DNA from: Candidatus Heimdallarchaeota archaeon
GTDB lineage: Archaea > Asgardarchaeota > Heimdallarchaeia > JABLTI01
NCBI GenBank assembly: GCA_030614005.1
Contig: JAUWKS010000025.1
Span: forward strand, 1-32,000
Length of the DNA stretch: 32,000 bases
Reading direction: 5' to 3'
Shown here piece by piece: positions 8,074-16,187 of the stretch (the stretch's first letter is position 1; the number at the start of each line of letters is the position of its first letter). The translations under genes and the position numbers were made by a program. A model generated the notes under the pieces. That model searched no databases, was not told where the DNA came from, and was given only the letters and a program-made list of their open reading frames with translations.

Positions 8074-9084
8074 TTGGTTTTGACTATGCAGATCACTGTT
8101 CAAACTCCTTCTCGCTTGCATTTTGGGTTAATAGACCTTAATGGAGAATTGGGAAGAATCAATGGAAGTTTCGGAGTAGCTTTAGAAAAACCAAGCTGGT
8201 TAATAAAATATTATTCTGATGATCAGCTATTCGAACCAGCAATACTCGAAAAAAACACTCTAGCGGTTATCGCTAAATTTGATGATTATTTCGGAGTATC
8301 ATCTCCAGATCTTAGGATAATGATAACTGATTCAATACCAAGACATGTTGGTTTAGGGTCTAATACTCAATTTCTTCTTGCACTTGGATCCATTCTTTCA
8401 AGAATCCACAAACTCGATGTTAGCGTTACAGAGATTGCAAAAGCTGTTCAGCGTGGTGGTACGAGTGGTATAGGTGTTGCATCTTTCGATAAAGGAGGAA
8501 TAATTTTGGATGGTGGTCATTCCTTTGGTCCTGGAAAACAAACTGAAACATTTCAACCATCTCGCACATCAAAAGCTCCCCCTCCTCCAATAATTTTTAG
8601 GCAGTATCCCCCGGAAAATTGGCACTTTGTTTTAATTACTCCAGATGCAAAAGAAGGAGCATCTGGTATTAAAGAAGCTAATTTATTTAGAGATAATTGT
8701 CCAATCCCTGCTGAAGGAGTAGAAAAACTCTCGAGATTACTAATAATGAAGATTCTTCCTTCATTAATTGAAAAAGATATTAAAACATTTGGCGAAGGAT
8801 TAACAACAATGCAACGTATTATGCCAAAATTCGGGATGGATTATAATAATTCTGATTTCAACCAAGAAATTTTTACCTCTCTGCTGAAAAACGAAAAATC
8901 TTGTGGACATGGAATAAGCTCGTTTGGACCAACGATATTTGCTTTAGCTGACTCGGAAAATTCTGCACTATCCATAATAAACTCAATAACTGAAAATTAT
9001 AGTAAACATAAATTCAAATTATTATCTAAATCGAAAATCAATATAACTGGTGCATATATCGCGGTGGAAAAGTCCAGTAAATAA
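8074..9084 (+). CDS. Beta-ribofuranosylaminobenzene 5'-phosphate (RFAP) synthase family, GHMP-kinase fold
   Basis: TPSRLHFGLIDLNG, PRHVGLGSNTQ, RGGTSGIG, GGIILDGGH and GISSFGPT are the conserved blocks of the RFAP synthase family. Start probably ATG 8086. Confidence 0.88.
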   Translation: MVLTMQITVQTPSRLHFGLIDLNGELGRINGSFGVALEKPSWLIKYYSDDQLFEPAILEKNTLAVIAKFDDYFGVSSPDLRIMITDSIPRHVGLGSNTQFLLALGSILSRIHKLDVSVTEIAKAVQRGGTSGIGVASFDKGGIILDGGHSFGPGKQTETFQPSRTSKAPPPPIIFRQYPPENWHFVLITPDAKEGASGIKEANLFRDNCPIPAEGVEKLSRLLIMKILPSLIEKDIKTFGEGLTTMQRIMPKFGMDYNNSDFNQEIFTSLLKNEKSCGHGISSFGPTIFALADSENSALSIINSITENYSKHKFKLLSKSKINITGAYIAVEKSSK

Positions 9085-9145
9085 GAAAAAAAAATCGTAC
9101 TGGTAGAACCCAGTGAACGATTTTACTATAACTAATATTTTACTA

Positions 9146-9613
9146 TTATGTTAGTCCGAGCTTATCTTTTGACATCTTCTCAATGACGCCACCAATTTTT
9201 GGTGCTATTTGTTCAAAGAAGTGTTGATATCCAAAAACAACTGCACCAAGCTCAGATTTGAAAGTCACTAAATCTGAATCAGCAGGTAAATCGTTTTCAG
9301 AATAGACATTTCCCTCAGGGTCAATTGAAAATGTTACTTCATTCAAATTAAAATTAGCTAATAGAAGATTTGCATGCACTGCACCAACTAATTCTTCTGG
9401 AATTTCATTAGCTGGTATTATTTGACAGAAGAGCTGCATCCATTCAGGGGCAATAACAATTCTAACATTAAAAGTGCGGTCATCAATTTTGTACGGTAGC
9501 ATGATCTCTGATCCATTTGGTGAAATAAAACATTTCAAATTTAGTTCATCTAACCAACCCTTAACTTTTTCAACTGTTTCTAGTATTTCAGGCATAGTAA
9601 TTAATATCTCCAA
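9146..9613 (-). CDS. YbjN-like protein (type III secretion chaperone-like fold)
   Basis: Acidic ~150-aa protein with LLLANFNLNEVTFSIDPEGNV, the YbjN/CesT-like pattern. Confidence 0.65.
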   Translation of the reverse strand: MEILITMPEILETVEKVKGWLDELNLKCFISPNGSEIMLPYKIDDRTFNVRIVIAPEWMQLFCQIIPANEIPEELVGAVHANLLLANFNLNEVTFSIDPEGNVYSENDLPADSDLVTFKSELGAVVFGYQHFFEQIAPKIGGVIEKMSKDKLGLT

Positions 9614-9813
9614 TCATTCCTAAGAAACTTTTAACCCACTTCATAAATTAAACTTTTCCAAACTAGTTGATATTTCTCAATATCTCACTTTTGGTTCATT
9701 GGAGTAATTTTTTTAAGTGCAGAAATACGATACTTTAAAAGCAAAACAAATTTGGTAGTAAAAGGACTATAAGTTTAATTATGTCGGTATTATAGAGGAG
9801 TATGGTTTGAAGT

Positions 9814-9978
9814 ATGAATGAACGAAGTATACAAGTAACAGAAAGGTGTCCTCTGTGTGGTAGCAAGACAGTAAAAATTGTTTATCACACGGAGCTCGGG
9901 ATTGTTATTCTTTCCGAATATAATTGCAAAAATTGTGGTACTTTTGTTCGCATGAATTTCTTAGTATCCGATCAGTAA
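9814..9978 (+). CDS. Small Zn-ribbon protein (54 aa), loosely ZPR1-finger-like; not in the ORF track
   Basis: Hand translation: MNERSIQVTERCPLCGSKTVKIVYHTELGIVILSEYNCKNCGTFVRMNFLVSDQ*, with two CxxCG knuckles. Confidence 0.7.
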   Translation: MNERSIQVTERCPLCGSKTVKIVYHTELGIVILSEYNCKNCGTFVRMNFLVSDQ

Positions 9979-10006
9979 TTTTAGAGTTATTTCTCTCTTT
10001 ATTTCT

Positions 10007-11071
10007 TCAAAATAGTATTATCAACCAAATACCAGACATGGTTATTATTGTACCCACCACTAATTTCCAGGATATCTTTTCTTTAAGAAAAACAACTGAG
10101 AGAGGTGTTGCTATTAATGGAGCGGCTGCAGATATTGCCGCAGTTGTGGATGCTGAAGAAAATTGTAATGCGAAAGCATATAGTAATCCCCCAGCAGTAC
10201 TTCCGATTAATCCTGCTATAATAACAAGTAGCACACCTTTCCAACTAAATTTGCTCTTATATTTTCCACGATTTGATGATGCAAATAGTAAGAGCGATAT
10301 TGGAGCTACACAAACGATTCTAAAGGCGGTTGCAGGTAGTCCTTCTAAACTTTGATCTTCGAAAGCTAGATCCAATAATACTGTTCCAATAGTCCAACAG
10401 AATGCAGTAATTAATGCTCCACCAATTCCTAAAAGTAGGTGTTTCTTTTTCAACTTGAATTTTGGAGTTTCTTCTCCTGAAACCTCTTCTTTTTCTTCCG
10501 AATGCTTTTCTGTATCTTCAATTTGTTCATCTTCGTTCTCTGAAATTTTTTCTTCAGAGGCTTTTTCCAAATCTTCTGTTTTTTCAATGATGGTTTCTTC
10601 AGTTGGTTTCTGATTTCCAATTTCATTTACATTAATTGATATAGATACTAAATATACTCCACCTATTACTAGAATCACCCCTACCATTCTTGCCCATTGA
10701 AAATTTTCTGAACCAATAATTAATCCCAAAATATAGGTCAATAAGGGATAACTAACAGCAATGGGATATGCCTTTGACAGACCAATCAACTGTTGACTGA
10801 AATAGAAAATCATGTCCCCAACAACTACGGCGATAAATGTCCCTCCCGCTAAATAGAGAGCAATCTTCCAAGTTAGATTAAAAGTTGAACTGATTATTCC
10901 CATTGAAGCGATAATGACTATGTAAATAATAGCTGATAAAGTTAAACGAATAGCATTAACTGCAAAAGGAGTAATCTTATTACCTTGCGATTTAATTATT
11001 ACATTCCCTACGCCAAAACATATAGCCCCTCCAACTGCTGCAATCTCACCAAGGAAATTTGTTATTGTCAT
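10007..11071 (-). CDS. EamA/DMT-family transporter
   Basis: Two 5-TM halves with GLSKAYPIAVSYPL and AAAPLIATPLSVVFLKEKISW motifs, joined by a long Glu/Lys-rich loop. Confidence 0.92.
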   Translation of the reverse strand: MTITNFLGEIAAVGGAICFGVGNVIIKSQGNKITPFAVNAIRLTLSAIIYIVIIASMGIISSTFNLTWKIALYLAGGTFIAVVVGDMIFYFSQQLIGLSKAYPIAVSYPLLTYILGLIIGSENFQWARMVGVILVIGGVYLVSISINVNEIGNQKPTEETIIEKTEDLEKASEEKISENEDEQIEDTEKHSEEKEEVSGEETPKFKLKKKHLLLGIGGALITAFCWTIGTVLLDLAFEDQSLEGLPATAFRIVCVAPISLLLFASSNRGKYKSKFSWKGVLLVIIAGLIGSTAGGLLYAFALQFSSASTTAAISAAAPLIATPLSVVFLKEKISWKLVVGTIITMSGIWLIILF

Positions 11072-11184
11072 CTACCTATCTCTTGAAATAATCAATTACT
11101 ACTATTAACCTTATTTATTCTTATTGTTGAAAAAGATAAAACAGCGTATATAATATTCGACAACAATCAGACAAAATTATTCTA

Positions 11185-11616
11185 TTAATCTTCCTTGATT
11201 GTTGCATATGATATATTATGACTGACGTAATAAATCGGTTCACCAAATGTATTGTACATTTCAGCTTTTCTAATAGAACTAACAATTAATTTAATTTTTA
11301 GTAAATTACCATCCGATAATGAAAACAAATTCCATCTTTCATCCTGTGGTTCAAAATTAACTAAAATAGATTTGTGTTTTTTTGAATCAAATGGTTCTTG
11401 ACTTGGTTTGCCTTTTAATTCTTTATCAACAATTGCAGTTACAGTAACAATTCCAGCTGTGATATATGTTGGAACATTAAATGAATCTACACCGGTTTTA
11501 AATATCTTAGTTGGTAGATAAATCGCTTTCAAAATAGCTCCATCTTCAAGCATATAAACATTCCAATTAAACTTATAGAAATCAAATTCTAACTCTTCTT
11601 CTATCTTAAGTTCCAT
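11185..11616 (-). CDS. Hypothetical protein made of two tandem homologous ~65-aa beta-rich domains
   Basis: Internal repeat: FDFYKFNWNVYMLEDGAILK...FNVPTY versus FEPQDERWNLFSLSDGNLLK...FGEPIY. ATG 11616 lies 2 nt after the upstream stop and is preferred over TTG 11634. Confidence 0.75.
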   Translation of the reverse strand: MELKIEEELEFDFYKFNWNVYMLEDGAILKAIYLPTKIFKTGVDSFNVPTYITAGIVTVTAIVDKELKGKPSQEPFDSKKHKSILVNFEPQDERWNLFSLSDGNLLKIKLIVSSIRKAEMYNTFGEPIYYVSHNISYATIKED

Positions 11617-11618
11617 TA

Positions 11619-11798
11619 TTATTTTGCTCTCCAAGTTTTATTTACATATAATTTTCCTCGAGTAATTACATATTTACTTGCTCTATGTGCACCAGAACCT
11701 TGACTTTGACCTTTTGGATCGAATTTTCTTGCTTCAACTGTTATTTGTTGAAATCTAAACCTATCCCCTTCTTTAAGATATTCAGTTTTATCAGTCAT
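11619..11798 (-). CDS. 59-aa basic hypothetical protein; not in the ORF track
   Basis: Hand translation: MTDKTEYLKEGDRFRFQQITVEARKFDPKGQSQGSGAHRASKYVITRGKLYVNKTWRAK*. It exactly fills the gap between its neighbours (2 nt each side) and has GAGTAGGT before the ATG. Confidence 0.65.
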   Translation of the reverse strand: MTDKTEYLKEGDRFRFQQITVEARKFDPKGQSQGSGAHRASKYVITRGKLYVNKTWRAK

Positions 11799-11800
11799 AC

Positions 11801-12160
11801 CTACTCAATTTTACCATTTGCTTTTAATTTATCTAAGATATCAAGAATATCCCAAGTTTCATTAAATTTGAATTCTTTAATTATTGAATCTGTATCTATA
11901 TCAGGATTGTTCTTAATAAGTGAAAAGATTTCCTTTTCTAGCTTTTCTAGGTTTAAGGGCTTCTCAAAAGGTATGAATCTTGTTTTTGAGAAATCAAAAA
12001 CAATTGGTTCTAAAACAATGTAAATTCCATTATATGCTTTCTTTTCTTCATCTGAATATATTTCTACACTTGTTTCATCTCTTCTGATTGTAGTATCTAG
12101 TGCAGTTAATAATTCCTCATTAGAGAAAGCTGAAATGGTTTCAGTTATAGTTTCGGACAT
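11801..12160 (-). CDS. Acidic hypothetical protein with a C-terminal winged-helix-like domain
   Basis: LEKEIFSLIKNNPDIDTDSIIKEFKFNETWDILDILDKLKANGKIE resembles a minimal wHTH. GGTGAG RBS upstream. Confidence 0.6.
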   Translation of the reverse strand: MSETITETISAFSNEELLTALDTTIRRDETSVEIYSDEEKKAYNGIYIVLEPIVFDFSKTRFIPFEKPLNLEKLEKEIFSLIKNNPDIDTDSIIKEFKFNETWDILDILDKLKANGKIE

Positions 12161-12363
12161 TTTCTCACCCTTAGGTTTTATCTATACTTATAGTAATCTT
12201 TTTTGAATAAAAACATTAACATCTTATACATTGTTTAGCATATTTTTAATGTTATTCGATTAGATTTTTCAAAGAAAAAATTGAATTAATCTTTTCCAAT
12301 ATTCATTTCAAAAGAGCTTTTTCGTTTTTAACATTTGATAATAATCAAACCATTTTTCATTAA

Positions 12364-12438
12364 TTATAATTCAATGATTTCAAAACAAATTGCACTGGTT
12401 ATTGCTGCAATTTCACCAAGATAATCAATAATTGCCAA
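12364..12438 (-). pseudogene. 5' remnant of an EamA paralog
   Basis: The TTG-started frame (M)AIIDYLGEIAAITSAICF aligns without gaps to the N-terminus MTITNFLGEIAAVGGAICF of the EamA at 11071, then diverges and stops after 5 more codons. Confidence 0.7.
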
Positions 12439-12464
12439 CAGTAGTTTGCTCTATGTAAATTGGA

Positions 12465-12971
12465 TTATTCATCAAAGACATCATTGTGTTTCAAAAACTT
12501 TTCATATGTTTTGTCAAGTGCTTCAGAAATAACGCGAGTGTCTGTGAGAATAGGCATAAAATTAGTATCACCAGACCATCTTGGAACAACATGAATATGA
12601 ACATGTGTTTTTAGTCCTGCTCCTGAAACTTTTCCTAAATTTATTCCAATATTGAATCCTTCTGGTTTGATTGATTCTTTAAGTACCTTTACTGATTTTG
12701 CCATTAGCTGCCACATTTCTTGATAGGTAGTTGAAGGTATCGATTCAATTTCAGCTGTATGTTGTTTAGGTGCAACCATTAAGTGCCCTGCAATGTAGGG
12801 GTACTTATTTAGCATAACAATTGCATTATCTCCTCTAAAGAGAATGAGGTTTTTTTTATCTTCATCTTCTTTGAGAATGTCACAGATAAAACAGCTATCA
12901 TCTGATTTTTCTTCTTGAATATATTCAATTCTCCAAGGGGCCCAAATTTTTCGCACGAGTATCACATTCAC
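12465..12971 (-). CDS. HIT-family nucleotide hydrolase/phosphorylase (Ap4A phosphorylase/Fhit-like)
   Basis: WAPWRIEYI, CFIC Zn site, LNKYPYIAGHLMV, and the histidine triad HVHIHVVPRW. Start may be GTG 12956. Confidence 0.93.
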   Translation of the reverse strand: MNVILVRKIWAPWRIEYIQEEKSDDSCFICDILKEDEDKKNLILFRGDNAIVMLNKYPYIAGHLMVAPKQHTAEIESIPSTTYQEMWQLMAKSVKVLKESIKPEGFNIGINLGKVSGAGLKTHVHIHVVPRWSGDTNFMPILTDTRVISEALDKTYEKFLKHNDVFDE

Positions 12972-13024
12972 TAAACTTGTCTATCCTTCTAGCGAGCTTT
13001 ATCCATTTCTTTCAAAAGTTATTT

Positions 13025-13282
13025 TTAATCAGGTTCAAGTGGGATTAATTTTACTAAAATAAAATAAACAATGATCATTAGTCCACCTGTCAAAATAATC
13101 GAAAGTAAAAAGAGCAATCTAAGTATTGTTGAGTTCATATCCCAATATAGTGCTAAACCACCAAGAACTCCTTGAAATAAATAATCGTCATTGGATCTAA
13201 AAAGAAGTCGAATATCATCATATTCTTCCTCCTTCTTCTCCTCCTCCATTTCTTTCTCAAAAGGCATCTTTTTTTCGGTCAT
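13025..13282 (-). CDS. PspC domain membrane protein
   Basis: LFRSNDDYLFQGVLGGLALYWDMNSTILRL...YFILVKLIPLEP follows the PspC pattern. Confidence 0.85.
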   Translation of the reverse strand: MTEKKMPFEKEMEEEKKEEEYDDIRLLFRSNDDYLFQGVLGGLALYWDMNSTILRLLFLLSIILTGGLMIIVYFILVKLIPLEPD

Positions 13283-13333
13283 TTCATTTTCACCAATGGA
13301 ATGTTTATTTTTTTTATTTTTCGTTTGTAATTA

Positions 13334-14050
13334 TCAAACAGCTCTTTTCTTATTCCCACTATATTCTTTAATATTTTTCATAGCATAAGGAAGATCCTCA
13401 AGTCTTTCTATATATGTCAAAATAATTTGTGGAAAGAAATTCGCTTCAATAAATCTTATACCCATTCGCTCAGTCCAGGCTTTAATTCCTTTATCTGCAG
13501 AAACAACACCTGCTCCAAGTTCTTTTGCAAGAATAAGAGTGTCAATATCCGGCAATGAATCAAGAACTCCCCTCCTCATTCTTTGCCGATATTTATCTTC
13601 ATACGTTCGTGCAATATTTTTTTCTAAATCTTTTGGGTTTTGACCATCTTTTTTGAGAAGATTCTCTTCAGTTCTTTTGATTCCTTCTTTTATTGCTCGA
13701 CGTACGATATCCATTCCTTGATCAAGTCTATCACGAACATCTGAAACATACTCATAAATTACTTGAGATGAAAGAAGAACTGAATATCTGTCTGGAGACT
13801 TTCGAACTACCCAAGCTTCAACTTGATCAATATCACGAACGGTACATTTGTTTTCTAGTAAGAAAGTTTTCAATTCATTAAATGTGCTTGGGGGCATGTA
13901 GCAGGAGATATTTAACCGTAATCGTCCAATACTGATTAATTCTGTAAGCTGGTTTACAGCATCAGCGACTGAACCACCAAATTGACTTACCAATTTTGCA
14001 TCAGTAAAAGCAGTTGTATCCAAAACAAATCGTTGACGGGGAAATGACAT
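13334..14050 (-). CDS. RNA-free (protein-only) RNase P, HARP family, PIN-like fold
   Basis: RFVLDTTAFT, KSPDRY, YRQRMRRGVLDSLPDIDTLILAKEL and VVSADKGI..W.E.MGIRF; the catalytic Asp positions are retained. Confidence 0.88.
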   Translation of the reverse strand: MSFPRQRFVLDTTAFTDAKLVSQFGGSVADAVNQLTELISIGRLRLNISCYMPPSTFNELKTFLLENKCTVRDIDQVEAWVVRKSPDRYSVLLSSQVIYEYVSDVRDRLDQGMDIVRRAIKEGIKRTEENLLKKDGQNPKDLEKNIARTYEDKYRQRMRRGVLDSLPDIDTLILAKELGAGVVSADKGIKAWTERMGIRFIEANFFPQIILTYIERLEDLPYAMKNIKEYSGNKKRAV

Positions 14051-14183
14051 CTTTATTTCTCCAAGCCTCTTTGAGAATTCTTATGCAACAATACAAATTT
14101 TTTGTTATAAGAATTTATGGTTTGTCGGTTATATTATACAAACAATAAATATATCTAGCAAAAGAATAAAAATTCATTAGAAT

Positions 14184-15740
14184 GTGTTTCAGATGAATAA
14201 AAGCGACTCCCAAAAAGGATTATCTAAACCAAATTACCGAATTGGTATTGTATCATTTACAGATCCAAGAGTTGATGTTAAGTTAGTAGATGAACGAGAA
14301 GAGTATATCGAACAATGCCATTTGTCTTTGGTCTCTGCCTTAGAGAAAAAAGGGTTTGAAATTTCCAATCCACAAATCGATTCACAGGGAACCAGAAGTG
14401 GGAAAATTTTCGGAATAAACTCACTTTCACAAATAAATGATTTGAAACTATTATTAATTAAAGAAAAGATAAGTGCTTTACTTCTTTGTTGCTTTGCTTG
14501 GAATGAACCAAATGTTCCATTGGAATTAGCAAAGGTCTTAGATGTTCCTATTGGATTGGTGACAATAAATAATCCACTTTGGCCAGGAATAACTGCATTA
14601 ACATCAACAGGGGCTACATTTTGGGAATCATCCTTTAATTACTACATAAAACACCATGCAAGATTTTTGTTGCCTATTAGTGGTTCAGTTGAAGCAATGG
14701 TTCCATGGTTAAAAGCATCTTGCGCAGTAAATCATCTAAAAAATGGAAAATTGTTACTTTGGGGTGGAACACCCGCTTTAAATATGGAACACCTGAATGA
14801 TGATATTCCTTATCTCAAACGTTTCATTATTGGTGATATAGAAACACAAGATCAATATATGCTTGTAAAGCAAGGAACTGAAATCCTTCAGAAAAGCAGC
14901 AGTAGAATTAGTGAATTTAAAGATTGGTTGACAAAAAATGGTTGCGCAATTACTTTCGATAATAAAATGGTAAGTGAAGAAATTTTCCACAAGCAAATTG
15001 CACTCTATTTAGCAGCTAAGGATATTATTAGCAATTATCATTTGAAAGGAGAGAGGATAATTGGAGTATCAATAAAATGTCAACCGGAATTAAGTGTTGA
15101 ATATGGAATTACTCCTTGTCTACTACCTGCCTTTTTACCTTTCCCGGAAGATCATTCAGGAGAGAAACCAATCATACCGACTGTATGTGAAGGTGACATC
15201 AAAGGATTATTGACTTCAGCAATTCTTTTCAGTTTGAATAGTACTGTCCCACCACTCTTTGGTGATTTAAAAGCCATTACTGATAATTATTTCATTATCG
15301 CAAATTGTGGAGCAGCAAGTGCATATTATGCTGGATTGTCTAATACTCCGAAAAAAACTTTGCCAAAAAGTACTATTCAACCACAATGTCAAGGAGTTGC
15401 AGGAGGCGCTTTTGGTTTTCATTCACCAGCATCTCAGAAGGAAGTAACATTTGCTAGGCTTTGTAGAATTGATGGAAATTATATATTGCAATTTGGCATT
15501 GGAAAAATAGTTTCAATACAAGAAAAGAAAGAAATCGCTTGGGGAACTACTTGGCCTCATACAGCAATTCAATTGAAAGTTGCTCCAGAGCTATTCATTA
15601 AAGCTGTAGGAACCAATCATCTATCGTTGACAATGGGTAACTATCAGAATGAATTATCTAAGGTTGGAAAATTGCTAAAAGTACCAGTTGTTAGATTGGA
15701 TTCAGAGGATTCAATTAGAAACTTTCTAGACATTTACTAA
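14184..15740 (+). CDS. L-fucose/L-arabinose isomerase-family protein
   Basis: KCQPELS, PTVCEGDIKG, LFGD, ANCG, TFARL, WPHT and GTNH (putative metal ligands E/D/H). The substrate cannot be assigned from sequence. Confidence 0.75.
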   Translation: MFQMNKSDSQKGLSKPNYRIGIVSFTDPRVDVKLVDEREEYIEQCHLSLVSALEKKGFEISNPQIDSQGTRSGKIFGINSLSQINDLKLLLIKEKISALLLCCFAWNEPNVPLELAKVLDVPIGLVTINNPLWPGITALTSTGATFWESSFNYYIKHHARFLLPISGSVEAMVPWLKASCAVNHLKNGKLLLWGGTPALNMEHLNDDIPYLKRFIIGDIETQDQYMLVKQGTEILQKSSSRISEFKDWLTKNGCAITFDNKMVSEEIFHKQIALYLAAKDIISNYHLKGERIIGVSIKCQPELSVEYGITPCLLPAFLPFPEDHSGEKPIIPTVCEGDIKGLLTSAILFSLNSTVPPLFGDLKAITDNYFIIANCGAASAYYAGLSNTPKKTLPKSTIQPQCQGVAGGAFGFHSPASQKEVTFARLCRIDGNYILQFGIGKIVSIQEKKEIAWGTTWPHTAIQLKVAPELFIKAVGTNHLSLTMGNYQNELSKVGKLLKVPVVRLDSEDSIRNFLDIY

Positions 15741-15817
15741 AATAACAACACAGAAATGAAAACAGAAAAATAAAAAAAGAAAAATAAATAAGGGAATGAA
15801 TAGAGGGGTGAGAATAA

Positions 15818-15964
15818 TTATCTCTGTTCCCACAATTCATCTCTTAAAAGATCACGTATAGCGATTCTAATAATTTCGCTACGATTTGCGTATCGTTTTG
15901 CTCGAACTAATTCGTCGAGTCCTTCCAAAAATCCATCGGGTACATGTACTGTTAATAGTCTCAT
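15818..15964 (-). CDS. Ribbon-helix-helix transcriptional regulator (CopG/Arc/MetJ; CdrS-like), 48 aa; not in the ORF track
   Basis: Hand translation: MRLLTVHVPDGFLEGLDELVRAKRYANRSEIIRIAIRDLLRDELWEQR*, with the NRSE.IR.A.R.L RHH signature. AGGTGA RBS upstream. Confidence 0.9.
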   Translation of the reverse strand: MRLLTVHVPDGFLEGLDELVRAKRYANRSEIIRIAIRDLLRDELWEQR

Positions 15965-15980
15965 CAAACCTTGTTCACCT

Positions 15981-16075
15981 CGGCCAAACACATCCCGACA
16001 CTAATGCGGCACCTCGAATGTGCATTAGCCAAAGGATATATTCGCAGATATCCTTCAGCTATTACGCTATTTAAG
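15981..16075 (-). promoter_or_regulatory. Promoter, inverted repeat and structured leader of the RHH gene
   Basis: TATA-like CTTAAATA (16075-16068, minus strand); AAGGATAT-N8-ATATCCTT (16032-16055); hairpin at 16001-16028. Confidence 0.5.
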
Positions 16076-16187
16076 AAGGGGTAATTCATTCTTATTACCA
16101 CAATATTACGCTCGTATGTATGTCTGTAATATAAATACACTAAAAAGAAGTGGAAAATAAGACCAAAACTAATAGAAGATTATCTTT

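Noticed and set aside
9802-9816. In-frame ATG-GTT-TGA-AGT-ATG before the Zn-ribbon gene (possible UGA readthrough or selenocysteine)
   Set aside because: The UGA is not at a Cys-motif position, readthrough would add only 4 residues, and no SECIS-like element is evident.
11080-12460. IS element or prophage at the AT-rich insert
   Set aside because: No transposase, integrase, terminal inverted repeats or clear target-site duplication could be seen by eye.
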